Positions 17,397-27,498 are shown, counted from the stretch's first letter. The stretch is 64,000 bases of DNA from a bacterium (GCA_965213625.1 CBDBZU010000004.1:2784001-2848000), one strand, 5' to 3'. The notes: generated by a model not told the origin, from the sequence alone. Made by a program: numbers and translations.

Positions 17397-19100
17397 ATGG
17401 CGCGTAACGGATCGCAGGTCCTGCTGGATGCGCTTCAGGCGAACGGCGCGGAGTACATTTTCGGCATTCCGGGCACGCTCACGCTGCCGGTCTACGACGC
17501 GATGATCGACGGCGCGGGCGCCATGCCTATCGTCACGCGCCACGAGCAGGGAGCGGGCTTCGCGGCGGACGGCTACGCCAAGGTGTCCGGCAAGACGGGC
17601 GTGGTTTTTACGGTGCCGGGTCCCGGCGGTACGAACGTCGCCACCGCGCTTCGCTCGGCTTATGAGGACGCGGTTCCCGTCGTCGCGGTAACGGCCACGC
17701 TCGCCGACAACATGCGCGACCGAAGCGCCATCCACGACGTGGACATGGAAAAAGCGCTCGCGGGCTGCGTCAAAAAAGCGTTCACGCCCGATTCGGTAGC
17801 GGGTATCGCGCCCGCCGTGGAGGCCGCGTTCCGCTGCGCGGCGGCGGGAAGGCCCGGCCCGACGCAGGTGGTGATGAAGGCGAACCTGTTCCAGGCCGAA
17901 GAGGAGCGGGTCATCTTAGCGCCCGAGTTCGAGGGGCCGCCGCCCCCACCGCCCGTCGATGAGCGCGCGCTCGATGAAATCGCAGAATCCCTCCTGTCCG
18001 CAAAACGCCCGGTGATATATGCCGGAAACGGCGTGGTGACCGCCCGTTGCGAGAGGGGGGTGCAGCTTCTCGCTTCCAGGCTGGGCGCGCCCGTCGTCAC
18101 CTCCGTGAAGGGGCGGGGGATTCTATCGGAAGCCGATCCTCTTTCTTTCGGCCTTGTGCATTTCCTGGGTTGTCAGGAGATGCTCGAAGAGGCGGATTTG
18201 TGTCTGGCGCTGGGTACGGGTTTCGGGCAGTTCGCCACCTTTTACTTCAAGGCGCCAATGCCGAAGAACCTCGTGCAGATAGACATCGACCCCGAGCGCA
18301 TCGGACGGAATTACCCGGCATCCAAAGGCCTGGTGAGTGACTTGGAACTAGCGTTGGAGGGCCTGCTCAAAAGAATTTCGGATGCGAAGGATGTCGCGCT
18401 CACAGAAGGCCACATCCGCGTGCGCGAGGGGAAAAGGCGTTATGAGGAAAGGCTGCAATCGTTTTCGACTGAATCGGCCGAGCCTCCCTTCCACGGTCTT
18501 TTCGTGATGAAGACGCTGCGCGAGAATTTTTCGCCCGATACGATTTTCGTCTCCGATTCCTCCGCGACCCAGAGCTGGCTCATGGAGCAGGCGTTCGTGA
18601 TTCACCGCCCCCGGAGCATCCTGCTCTCGGAAGCCTATCAGTCGATGGGCTACGCCATCGGCGCCGCTATCGGGGCGAAACTCGGCGCGCCCGAAAGGCC
18701 GGTGTGCGCGGTCGTGGGAGACGGCAGCTTCACGATGGTCTGCGGGGAGTTGGCCACGGCGACGGCGCTCGGTTTGTCGATTACCTACCTCATATTCAAT
18801 GACGGGGAATACAACGCGCTCAGGCATTCGCAAAAACACGTTTTCAATGAGCGCTACATCGCCACTTCGCTGAATAACCCCGATTTCCCGGCACTGGCGC
18901 GCGCATTCGGCGCGCATGGTCACCGCGTGGAGACGGCGGAGGCGTTGGGAAGCGCCATCCGCGACGCTCAGGCGGGGGGCGGCGTTCACGTCATCGACTG
19001 TCCGATCGACCGCGAGGTGCTCTCATCGAGATGGACGCGGACGGTGAAATCCTTCCGGGGTGGAGCCGCCACCGCGCCGCCGCCCGATGCGAATTCTTGA
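17397..19100 (+). CDS. Thiamine pyrophosphate-dependent enzyme (acetolactate synthase-like)
   Basis: FGIPG, RHEQGAGFAADGYAK, GPGGTN, and the TPP motif GDGSF...NDGEY. Confidence 0.9.
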   Translation: MARNGSQVLLDALQANGAEYIFGIPGTLTLPVYDAMIDGAGAMPIVTRHEQGAGFAADGYAKVSGKTGVVFTVPGPGGTNVATALRSAYEDAVPVVAVTATLADNMRDRSAIHDVDMEKALAGCVKKAFTPDSVAGIAPAVEAAFRCAAAGRPGPTQVVMKANLFQAEEERVILAPEFEGPPPPPPVDERALDEIAESLLSAKRPVIYAGNGVVTARCERGVQLLASRLGAPVVTSVKGRGILSEADPLSFGLVHFLGCQEMLEEADLCLALGTGFGQFATFYFKAPMPKNLVQIDIDPERIGRNYPASKGLVSDLELALEGLLKRISDAKDVALTEGHIRVREGKRRYEERLQSFSTESAEPPFHGLFVMKTLRENFSPDTIFVSDSSATQSWLMEQAFVIHRPRSILLSEAYQSMGYAIGAAIGAKLGAPERPVCAVVGDGSFTMVCGELATATALGLSITYLIFNDGEYNALRHSQKHVFNERYIATSLNNPDFPALARAFGAHGHRVETAEALGSAIRDAQAGGGVHVIDCPIDREVLSSRWTRTVKSFRGGAATAPPPDANS

Positions 19101-19117
19101 TTTGAGACCCATCCGGA

Positions 19118-19359
19118 GTTGTTGAAAAACTCGGCATTTGAACAAACGCGTTCTCCTCGCCTTGCATGTCTCCGTATCTGCCTCACCCTGAGTAGCCGCC
19201 GAAGGTTAAACGCGACTGAGAAAGGAGCGTTTGTATCGAAGGGCGCTCTCCCTCGATACGGCGCGCAAGCGCGCCTACTCGGGATGAAGATGGTATTTTG
19301 GGCAAGTGTGACGAATGTGCTCCAGGCAGTTTCCCTTTTGGGATGGGTTTTTCAATAGC
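19118..19359. repeat. MITE-like element with imperfect terminal inverted repeats and nested palindromes
   Basis: GTTGTTGAAAAACTC (19118-19132) vs GGGTTTTTCAATAGC (19345-19359), 12/15 complementary; inner TCACCCTGAGTAG/CTACTCGGGATGA, GTATCGAAGGG/CCCTCGATAC and GGCGCGCAAGCGCGCC. Confidence 0.6.
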
Positions 19360-19380
19360 GCCCTACCTCGCGGGTTTGGT

Positions 19381-21906
19381 TCACCGCGTGTGGGTTGTCC
19401 GTTGATTCCCCACTTCACGGCTTGAATATTCGGACGCGAGGCTCCTTTGAAACGCGCTCCACCCGGCCGCACCGCTCCTGGGCCAGGCTTCGGCTGCGCG
19501 GAAACGCTCGACGGAAAAGTGCGCCGCATCCGCCTCGCCGCCCGCTTCAACGCGGAGCATCCCGCCGCGCCAGGGGCGATAGACCCCCAGCCTTCTCTGC
19601 CGCCTTCTCGTTTCCCGCCAAAGGTCTGTCCGCATCCATTTCACTCTTTGGGGGGTGGCCAGGACCGCGCGGGGCGGACGCGCTTCGAGCCAGTCGAGCA
19701 CTTCCCGTTTTCTGAGCAGGCTTTCGGGCAGGCGCACGAGGTCGTATCTTTTCCCGCGAAACCATTTTGGATTGAACGCCGGGAATTTCGAAGGCAGCAT
19801 GAGCAGCCAGCGGGAACCCGGGTTTTGAACCTCGAAACCCATCGCGCCTCCTCTCCACGAATGAAGCGAAACCCGCGCTCCGCCTCCGGTTGTGCGCCAG
19901 ACGATGCGGCGGGAATTGCGGCGCTTCCTGAAACGGGAGCGATTTAATGCGGAAGCGCGGAGGTCGTTGATGCGAAGCAGGTTTTCGATCCGTATGCCGG
20001 TGGCGAATTCGTTCACGGCGAGTTTTTCTTTGGGATACCTGGAGAGGCTGAGCATCGTGCGCCAGTTCAATTCATTCTCCCGGCGCATCAGGGGAGCGAG
20101 CACGTTTCCCCAGGCGTTGAAGCCTCCCGCCTTGCCGCCCGAGGCGTCGACGGCCAGGCCCTTTCCGTCAGGTAGACGCAGGAAAAAGGCGTCCACCTTC
20201 CCAGCGTCGGGCAGAAGCAGCGTGGTGCGCTTCGGCCCCGCTGCCTGTGTAGTGGCGCTGGGGAGAAGGAGGAAAAAAATCAGGGAACACACGCCCGCCC
20301 AGGCGATTCTCCGCCACTGAGCGCGTCTCGACTGTAATGCGAGCGTCATGAGGGCGTATATCGAGGCGATGAGCCAGATTTCGGGACTCGGCGTGATGAT
20401 GCTGGCCCAGGGAATTTGAGAGGAATAGGTCGATACGAGAATCATGAAATCCGCCATAGCGCCGGTGAGCCACGTGGCGGGGAGCAGGAGTGCGGCCGCA
20501 GCCGCCGGGAAGACGGCGGCGAGAGCGCTCGCTACGAAAGAGAGAGGCACGAGCAGCGAGGCGAGCGGAATGAGCAGAAAATTTACGAGCAGGCCGATGG
20601 GATGCGCCTCGTGAAAATGCAGCGCCGTGAGCGGCGTGATCGCCGCGGTGACGACCAACTGGATGATGGCGAGTTGATGCGCGCGCGCGAACCACCACTC
20701 CTTCTCCCAGATTCTTAAGTTCGCTTCGGGTCGCGGGAGCCTGTCCGCCGCCAGGATGATGGCGCTCACCGCCACGAAGGAGAGTTGAAATCCCACGTCC
20801 CGGATGAAGTCGGGCTCCACCAGAAGGATGAGCAGGGCGGCGAGCAGGACGGAATGAATCGCGCTTCCTGGCCGCTCCAGCAGCCGGGTGATGAGATAGA
20901 CGACGATCATGATCGTGGCGCGCACCGTGGATATTCGCGCGCCGCTCAGCAGCGCGAAGAGAATCACAAGTGGAATGACGCCGAGCGATGCGAGCTTGGA
21001 CGGCGTGAGCACGAACGGGCGCAGGGGAAAAAATTTGGGCGGTAGCCTGCGGAGAAGCCCCTGGAGGGAAAAGAAGAAAAATGCGGCGATGAAGCCCACG
21101 TGCAGGCCGCTGATGGCGAGCAGGTGCGCCGCCCCCGATTTCCTGAAGGCGTCCTTGAGTTCCCGGTCGATTCCTTCGCGCAAGCCGATGGTCATCGCCG
21201 CGATAAGCTTGGCGGCGCGCTCGGGATAGACGGCGTTCATGTGTGCGTTCATTCGATCCCGGAAGCGGAACAATAGCCGCCGCCAGCCCCATTTCTCTTT
21301 TTTTTCAAGCTGGTGAAGGTTCTTCACCCCGCTGTAGCCGACGGCGTGGACGCCTCTTAAGCGCAGGAATTCCCGGTAGTCGAACGCGCCCGGGTTCTTG
21401 AAGCGCTCGGGGGGCTTTAGGCGCGCGCGCTGGATGAGCAGCCTGTCGCCTACTTCGGGGGTTGTTTCGAGCTTGGAAGCCAGCGTGACGCGCGCGACGC
21501 CGGTCATGGGAACCTCGACCCCGCGGATGAGGGCGCGTTCCACGTCGATGTATATGCGCGGTCTGGGCGATGCGCCGTCGTTTCGCTCCACGGGCCGGGA
21601 GAGGTGACCCGAGACGTTCATGCGCCCATAGGGCATCTGGCGCAGCATGTGGTGCGCCGGCGTCAAGCTGCGATGGAGTGCGGGAACGGCGAAAGATGCG
21701 ATGAGTCCCGTGAGCACGAGGAGCGCCGAGAAGAAGCCTTGCCTTTTCCCCCGAATGCGGCGGCTCATGGCGAGCAGGACGGATAAGGTCAAGATGAGCG
21801 CGGCGGCGAGGGTGGAGAAGCCGTCACCCCGCTCGAAGTCGAGGGAAAACTCACCCATCAACAAACCCGCTATGTACCCGATCGCCAGCAGATGCAGGGG
21901 GTGCAC
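19381..21906 (-). CDS. comEC: ComEC/Rec2 competence protein
   Basis: OB-like region with NPGAFDYREFL, competence domain GAAHLLAISGLHVG, TVRATIM, DVGFQLSF; divergent C-terminal domain. Confidence 0.9.
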   Translation of the reverse strand: MHPLHLLAIGYIAGLLMGEFSLDFERGDGFSTLAAALILTLSVLLAMSRRIRGKRQGFFSALLVLTGLIASFAVPALHRSLTPAHHMLRQMPYGRMNVSGHLSRPVERNDGASPRPRIYIDVERALIRGVEVPMTGVARVTLASKLETTPEVGDRLLIQRARLKPPERFKNPGAFDYREFLRLRGVHAVGYSGVKNLHQLEKKEKWGWRRLLFRFRDRMNAHMNAVYPERAAKLIAAMTIGLREGIDRELKDAFRKSGAAHLLAISGLHVGFIAAFFFFSLQGLLRRLPPKFFPLRPFVLTPSKLASLGVIPLVILFALLSGARISTVRATIMIVVYLITRLLERPGSAIHSVLLAALLILLVEPDFIRDVGFQLSFVAVSAIILAADRLPRPEANLRIWEKEWWFARAHQLAIIQLVVTAAITPLTALHFHEAHPIGLLVNFLLIPLASLLVPLSFVASALAAVFPAAAAALLLPATWLTGAMADFMILVSTYSSQIPWASIITPSPEIWLIASIYALMTLALQSRRAQWRRIAWAGVCSLIFFLLLPSATTQAAGPKRTTLLLPDAGKVDAFFLRLPDGKGLAVDASGGKAGGFNAWGNVLAPLMRRENELNWRTMLSLSRYPKEKLAVNEFATGIRIENLLRINDLRASALNRSRFRKRRNSRRIVWRTTGGGARVSLHSWRGGAMGFEVQNPGSRWLLMLPSKFPAFNPKWFRGKRYDLVRLPESLLRKREVLDWLEARPPRAVLATPQRVKWMRTDLWRETRRRQRRLGVYRPWRGGMLRVEAGGEADAAHFSVERFRAAEAWPRSGAAGWSAFQRSLASEYSSREVGNQRTTHTR

Positions 21907-22037
21907 GTTCTCTCCATTGATAGGGAATCGTCCATGTTACACCAAATTGCGCAGGGCGTGCATTCTCCTTCGACTTCACGCCCGCTCGTGGTAGGCTTCG
22001 CCCCGGATTATGGGATGAATTTTTATTGAGGATGGCG

Positions 22038-23036
22038 ATGCGCATGCGCCCATTAGGGAATACGGGCATCTCGGTATCTGAAATAGGTTTTGGCACGGGC
22101 GGCATCAGCCGCCTCATGGTGGGTGATGACCACGAGGCGCAACTCCGCGCGGTTCGTAGCGCCCTGGACGGGGGCGTGAATTTTTTCGATACGGCGATGG
22201 GCTACGGGAGCGGCAAGTCGGAAGCCAACCTGGGCGCTGCGCTCAACCGGCTGGGGGCGAAGGTCGTCCTCACGACGAAGATCCGTCTCACCGCCCAGGA
22301 GCGCGAAGCGCCGCAAGAAGCGGTGATCGCCTCGGTGGAGAAGAGTCTCGAGCGGCTGGGCCGACCCGAGGTCGACCTGATCCAGATTCACAACTACGTG
22401 GCGCCCGGGAGGGACTGGTCGGTCGGGGAGGTGGCGTTCGATCTCTCCGATATTTTCGGCGCAGGCGGCGTGCTCGATGGTTTCAAGAAATTGCGCGATC
22501 GAGGTCTCGTGCGCTTTTTCGGATTCACCGGTATCGGGCATCCCGCCTCGCTGGCCGAGATGGTCGACAGCGGCGAGTTCCATACGGTGCAGGCATATTT
22601 CAATTTACTCAACCCGAGCGCGGCCTATCCCGTGCCCGAGGGTTTCCGCGCGGTGGATTACGGCCTGCTCATCGGGCGCGCCGCGAAACTCGGAATGGGG
22701 GTGCTGGCGATTCGAGCCTTGGCGCTTGGCGCGCTCACCGCGGAGCCGAACCTGTTGGGTTTTCTGGACGAACGCCCGCCGGTCCTCTCGTTGGGTTCTG
22801 AGTACGACGAGGACGTGGCGCGCGCGGAGAAACTCGCGTTCCTCATCCGGGATGGATGCACCTTGGCGCAGGCTGCGCTTCGTTTCGTCTTGATGCATGA
22901 AGAGGTTTCGTGCGCACTGGTGGGTTTCTCGGGCGAGGAACAACTCAAAGAGACGTTCTCTAGCGTCGGCGCCGGGCCACTCCGGGGAGATGATATACAC
23001 CGCCTCAAGAAAATTTGGCAAAACGATTTCGCCTAG
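22038..23036 (+). CDS. Aldo/keto reductase
   Basis: LGNTGISVSEIGFG, FFDTAMGYG.G.SE, SLERLG..VDLIQIH, LAQAALRF. Confidence 0.92.
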   Translation: MRMRPLGNTGISVSEIGFGTGGISRLMVGDDHEAQLRAVRSALDGGVNFFDTAMGYGSGKSEANLGAALNRLGAKVVLTTKIRLTAQEREAPQEAVIASVEKSLERLGRPEVDLIQIHNYVAPGRDWSVGEVAFDLSDIFGAGGVLDGFKKLRDRGLVRFFGFTGIGHPASLAEMVDSGEFHTVQAYFNLLNPSAAYPVPEGFRAVDYGLLIGRAAKLGMGVLAIRALALGALTAEPNLLGFLDERPPVLSLGSEYDEDVARAEKLAFLIRDGCTLAQAALRFVLMHEEVSCALVGFSGEEQLKETFSSVGAGPLRGDDIHRLKKIWQNDFA

Positions 23037-23062
23037 ACACGAGTTGACCGATCGCTGAATTC

Positions 23063-24310
23063 ATGGACACGTCTCGCAATGCGCGCATGAGCCGACACGC
23101 CCTGTGGGTGCTCAGTTTCTCCCAGCTTCCCATCATGCTGGTCTACGCCAATTACCCGACCGCCATCCCGATCCTGAAGGCGGAATGGTCCCTCAGCAAT
23201 GCGGATGCCGGTTTCATCTATTTCATGTTTTACGTGGGCTACGTGGTCGCCTCCGCCGTACTCACCGGGGCGACGGATTATTTCAGCGCGAGAACCATCT
23301 TTCTCTTCTCGGCCGCCTGGCTCGGCTTCACGAACCTCATGTTCCCATTCTTCGCCGAGGGTTTGTGGACGGCCGCTCTTCTCCGGGGCGCCTGCGGGGT
23401 GGGGCTTGCAGGCGTCTTCGGGCCGGGTCTGCGTATCGTGGCCGAACACGCCACAGCGGCTTTACGGGCGAAGATGGTGTCGGGCTACGCCTTTTTCTTC
23501 ACCTTCAGCGTATCGGTCTCGATGTTCCTGACGGGTTATCTGCTGCCTGACTTCGGCTGGCGCTTCACCTTCGCAGCGGGTTCGCTCGGCCCCGTCGTCG
23601 GCATCTTGATGGTGCTGATCTGGGTGCCCGACCCCGGCAGGGAGGAATCGGGAAGCGGGGAGAAATTCGCCTTTCCGCGCCTGCCGCTCAGGTGCTGGGT
23701 GCTCATCGGCTCCTACGTCATGCACCGCTGGGAGATGTTCGCCTTCAGGGGATGGGGCGTCACGTTCCTGGCTTCGGCTTTCGTGGCGCACGGCCTGCCG
23801 AGAGGGGACGCCGTGGATAACGCCGCAACGGGGCTGGCGTTCATGATCGCGATATCCGCTTTTTCGAATTTCATCGGCGCGTGGTCGGCCGACAGGTTCG
23901 GGCGGCTCCCGAGCATCGGGTGGAGCTTGCTTCTAAGCGGCGCGATGACGTACGGAATCGGTTCTCTATTCCACGCGCCGATTCCAATCCTGCTTATCGT
24001 TTTGCTGGTCTGGGGGGTGATCATGGCCGTCGATGCGTCCGTTTTCCTGGTCGTGATGAGCGAAATCGCGCCCAAGCGCCATCTGGGCACGGCGCTGGGC
24101 TGCCTCGCCGGGTTCGGCTTTTTGTTCGGAGCGCTTTCCTCGATCGAAGTGGGCTATATTCTGGACATCACCAACCCCGGTTCCCGCGGCGAGGTTCTGC
24201 CCACGGAGTGGACGGCGGCCTGGGCGTCGGTGGGCGTGTCCGTCTGGATCGGCCTGGGAGGAATCGGCTGGCTTTCCCGTATAATGAAGAGGCGAGTGCA
24301 GGATGCTTGA
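23063..24310 (+). CDS. MFS transporter
   Basis: About 12 hydrophobic segments; motif A-like GATDYFSAR and GAWSADRFGR. Confidence 0.9.
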   Translation: MDTSRNARMSRHALWVLSFSQLPIMLVYANYPTAIPILKAEWSLSNADAGFIYFMFYVGYVVASAVLTGATDYFSARTIFLFSAAWLGFTNLMFPFFAEGLWTAALLRGACGVGLAGVFGPGLRIVAEHATAALRAKMVSGYAFFFTFSVSVSMFLTGYLLPDFGWRFTFAAGSLGPVVGILMVLIWVPDPGREESGSGEKFAFPRLPLRCWVLIGSYVMHRWEMFAFRGWGVTFLASAFVAHGLPRGDAVDNAATGLAFMIAISAFSNFIGAWSADRFGRLPSIGWSLLLSGAMTYGIGSLFHAPIPILLIVLLVWGVIMAVDASVFLVVMSEIAPKRHLGTALGCLAGFGFLFGALSSIEVGYILDITNPGSRGEVLPTEWTAAWASVGVSVWIGLGGIGWLSRIMKRRVQDA

Positions 24311-24375
24311 ATTCCTGATGCGAAGCCGATAGGCTCCCGCGCCAGTGATGCGGATTCGCAAATTCAAGCGCGGGC

Positions 24376-26181
24376 ATGAATGAAGGAAAAAGGATATTGA
24401 GCGAGCTTCTGGAAACAGGAAGAACACACGACTGCGGGGCGCTTCGCGCCGCCGACATCGGCAGCGAAGTTGTCCTCATGGGCTGGGCGGGGTCGAATCG
24501 CGATCACGGCGGGTTGATTTTCATCGACCTGCGCGACCGTTACGGCGTCACCCAGGTGGTGGCCGATCCCTCTTATGACGAGGCGTCCCATGCCCTCGCC
24601 GAGCGGGTGCGCGGCGAATGGGTGCTCGCCGTACAGGGGGTGGTCATCGCACGTCCCGAGGGGATGGCGAACACCAATCTCGACACCGGCGAAATCGAGG
24701 TACGGATTACGAAGCTCGAGGTTCTGAGCCAGGCGAAAACGCCGCCCTTCGAGATTGAGGATGATTCCGACGCCGGCGAAGCGCTTCGCTTCCAGTACCG
24801 CTATCTCGACCTGAGGCGATCCGCCTTGCGGGAGAATTTTATCAGGCGTCATCAGGCGACCCAGGTGATTCGCAATTTCCTCACGGATAACCACTTCGTC
24901 GACGTAGAAACCCCCGTGCTCACCAGGAGCACCCCCGAAGGGGCGAGGGACTATCTGGTGCCGAGCCGCCTCGCGCGCGGAAGTTTCTTTGCGCTTCCCC
25001 AGAGTCCCCAGATGTTCAAGCAGATTCTCATGGTCGCGGGTTTCGATCGCTATTACCAGATAGTGAAATGCTTCCGGGACGAGGACTTGCGCGCCGACAG
25101 GCAGCCCGAGTTCACGCAGATCGACATCGAATGTTCCTTCCTGAACCGCGATACCTTTTTCGGCCTCATGGAAGGTCTGGTGGCCAGGATATGGAAAGAG
25201 GTGGGCGGTGTCGAAATCGAGACGCCTTTCGAGCGGGTTCCTTATTCGGAGGCGATAACGCAGTACGGGACCGACCGGCCGGACAGGCGCTTCGGCATGA
25301 AGCTCGCCACCTTCACCGATGTGGCGCAGGCGAGCGAGTTCAAGGTGTTCAAGGGTGCGGTGGAAAAAGGAGGCGTGGCGCGCGCCATGGCGGGGCCGGG
25401 CATGGCGTCGGCATCGCGTAAAGAAATTGACGACATCATCGCGCGCGCGCAGGAGTTGGGCGCGGGTGGTCTCGCCTGGGCGAAGCGAACGGAAAACGGG
25501 TATGAGTCGAACATCACCAAGTTCTTTCTCGACGGTCAGTTGGAGGAGATTGGCGCGCGAGCGGGCGTGGAGGTCGGCGATCTGCTGATGATGGTGGCCG
25601 ATAAGCCGGCTGTGAGCGCCTCGGTTCTGGGGCATTTGCGCGATGAACTCGGCGCGCGTCTGGGTCTCGTTTCACGTGACGATCAGAAATTCGATTTTTG
25701 CTGGGTCGTGGATTTTCCGCTCCTCGAATATGATGAGGCGGAGCAGAGATTTCATGCGCTCCATCACCCTTTCACGGCGCCCGTACCCGAGGACGCCACG
25801 CTGTTCGATTCCGACCCCGGCGCCATCCGCTCCCAGGCTTACGACATGGTGGTGAACGGGAGTGAAATCGGCGGCGGCAGCCAGAGAATCCACCTGCGCG
25901 AGGTGCAGCAGAAAATGTTCGCCGCTCTGGATATGGATGAAGAAGAGGCGCAGCGCCGCTTCGGCTTCTTCATGGAAGCGCTCGAGTTCGGCACGCCGCC
26001 TCACGGGGGAATCGCGTTCGGCCTGGACCGCATCATGATGCTGTTGACGGGCGCTCCCTCCATCCGAGACGTCATTGCTTTTCCCAAGACCCAGAAAGCC
26101 ACCTGCCTGATGACCGGCGCGCCGGCTTCGGTCGAGCGCCTTCAGCTCCGGGAGTTGGGCATCGACGGGGCGATTCGGTAG
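24376..26181 (+). CDS. aspS: Aspartate--tRNA ligase, probably non-discriminating Asp/Asn type
   Basis: RDHGGLIFIDLRD, YRYLDLRR, STPEGARDYLVPSR, CFRDEDLRADRQPEFTQ, PPHGGIAFGLDR; His in RDHGG and Gly in RPEG fit the non-discriminating type. Confidence 0.97.
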   Translation: MNEGKRILSELLETGRTHDCGALRAADIGSEVVLMGWAGSNRDHGGLIFIDLRDRYGVTQVVADPSYDEASHALAERVRGEWVLAVQGVVIARPEGMANTNLDTGEIEVRITKLEVLSQAKTPPFEIEDDSDAGEALRFQYRYLDLRRSALRENFIRRHQATQVIRNFLTDNHFVDVETPVLTRSTPEGARDYLVPSRLARGSFFALPQSPQMFKQILMVAGFDRYYQIVKCFRDEDLRADRQPEFTQIDIECSFLNRDTFFGLMEGLVARIWKEVGGVEIETPFERVPYSEAITQYGTDRPDRRFGMKLATFTDVAQASEFKVFKGAVEKGGVARAMAGPGMASASRKEIDDIIARAQELGAGGLAWAKRTENGYESNITKFFLDGQLEEIGARAGVEVGDLLMMVADKPAVSASVLGHLRDELGARLGLVSRDDQKFDFCWVVDFPLLEYDEAEQRFHALHHPFTAPVPEDATLFDSDPGAIRSQAYDMVVNGSEIGGGSQRIHLREVQQKMFAALDMDEEEAQRRFGFFMEALEFGTPPHGGIAFGLDRIMMLLTGAPSIRDVIAFPKTQKATCLMTGAPASVERLQLRELGIDGAIR

Positions 26182-26190
26182 GGCGTTCGG

Positions 26191-27180
26191 GTGCCTCGAA
26201 GGAAGCGGTCGCCTCGAATTAAGGGCGACGTGCGCACGCTCGATCTCGAAAAAATCCTGAGAAGTGGCGACGACCGCCAGGAGACGCCCGAGGGGTTTCG
26301 CTCAGGCTTCATCGCCATCATCGGACGCCCGAACGTCGGCAAATCCACCCTGCTCAACCGTATCCTCGGGGAAAAACTCGCCATCGTCACCCGAAAGCCC
26401 GGGACCACGCGGCGCAGGCTTCTCGGCGTGTTGAACACCGAAGACACGCAGGCGGCATTTTTCGATACGCCGGGTCTCGAGCGTCCCGCCTCGAAGCTCG
26501 GGCGTTTTTTGCTCGAAGAGGTGAAGGCCGCCTGTTCCGGGGCCGACCTCGCCCTGTTCATGACGGATGACGCCGAAGGGGAGGTGGACGAAAACGCGCT
26601 CGCTTTGATCGAGGATGCGGGCGTGCCCGCGTTTTTGGTCATCAACAAGGTGGACAAGATGAAAGACAAGGAGAAGCTCCTGCCCGTTCTGGCGAAATAC
26701 GCGGAAGACGACGGGTTCAAGAGCGTATATCCCATCTCGGCGCTCAAGGGAGACAACGTGGAGCCGTTGGTGGAAGACATCATCAAGGCGCTTCCCGAGG
26801 GTCCGAGATATTTTTCACCCGATATGACGACGGACGTGAGCGAAGCGCTCCTGATCGAAGAATTCGTTCGCGAGCAGGTGTACAGCTTGCTGCACAAAGA
26901 GATTCCCTACGCCGTGGCGGTGAAGGTGCGGGAGATGGAACGCGCCGATCATTCCGGCCTACTGCACGTGGAGGCGGAAGTCTATGTCGAGAAAAAGAGC
27001 CAGCGGGGTATTCTGGTAGGGAAGGGAGGTAACCAGATCAAGAAGATCGGAGAATTATCGAGAAAGGAGATCGAACGGCGCCTTGGCGAGCAGATATATC
27101 TCGGCCTCAAGGTGCGCATTAAACCGAATTGGCGGCAAAAGGATGCCGCGCTTTCCGAACTCGGCTATGAGAATGTTTAG
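26191..27180 (+). CDS. era: GTPase Era
   Basis: GRPNVGKSTL, DTPG, NKVD, C-terminal KH domain (GILVGKGG..IKKIG); exact start uncertain. Confidence 0.95.
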   Translation: MPRRKRSPRIKGDVRTLDLEKILRSGDDRQETPEGFRSGFIAIIGRPNVGKSTLLNRILGEKLAIVTRKPGTTRRRLLGVLNTEDTQAAFFDTPGLERPASKLGRFLLEEVKAACSGADLALFMTDDAEGEVDENALALIEDAGVPAFLVINKVDKMKDKEKLLPVLAKYAEDDGFKSVYPISALKGDNVEPLVEDIIKALPEGPRYFSPDMTTDVSEALLIEEFVREQVYSLLHKEIPYAVAVKVREMERADHSGLLHVEAEVYVEKKSQRGILVGKGGNQIKKIGELSRKEIERRLGEQIYLGLKVRIKPNWRQKDAALSELGYENV

Positions 27181-27182
27181 GC

Positions 27183-27371
27183 TTAGCGGTTCTGGGCGCG
27201 CATGCGCTTTTTGTGCGCGGCGAGTATCTTTCTTTTGCGCTTTACACTGGGCTTCTCGTAGTACTCGCGCTTTTTGATTTCTGTGAGAATACCTGATTTT
27301 TCGCATTGTTTCTTGAATTGCTTCAAAGCCTTGTCGATGGATTCACCCTCGTGTACTTTTACTCCTGGCAT
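27183..27371 (-). CDS. rpsU: 30S ribosomal protein S21
   Basis: [48 protein letters not shown]; SD GGAGG. Confidence 0.95.
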   Translation of the reverse strand: MPGVKVHEGESIDKALKQFKKQCEKSGILTEIKKREYYEKPSVKRKRKILAAHKKRMRAQNR

Positions 27372-27434
27372 ATTGGTTGTGTTCCTCCCGTTTGCGGTAT
27401 AAAGCAACTGAAAATAAATACTTTCCGGTCGCAA

Positions 27435-27463
27435 ACTATCTCTTATCCGCCCGATTTCGTCAA
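27435..27463 (-). promoter_or_regulatory. Possible sigma70 promoter for rpsU
   Basis: Minus strand TTGACG-N17-GATAGT; weak -10. Confidence 0.35.
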
Positions 27464-27498
27464 GACCTAAAATTGGAAGACTTGTCGGAGGCGTTTTC

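Noticed and set aside
16488-17735. Extended N-termini in the ORF track for cobB (also hisS, rpsU, argS, ribD, ybeY, DUF4390)
   Set aside because: The extensions overlap neighbouring genes; SD sites and family homology begin at downstream starts.
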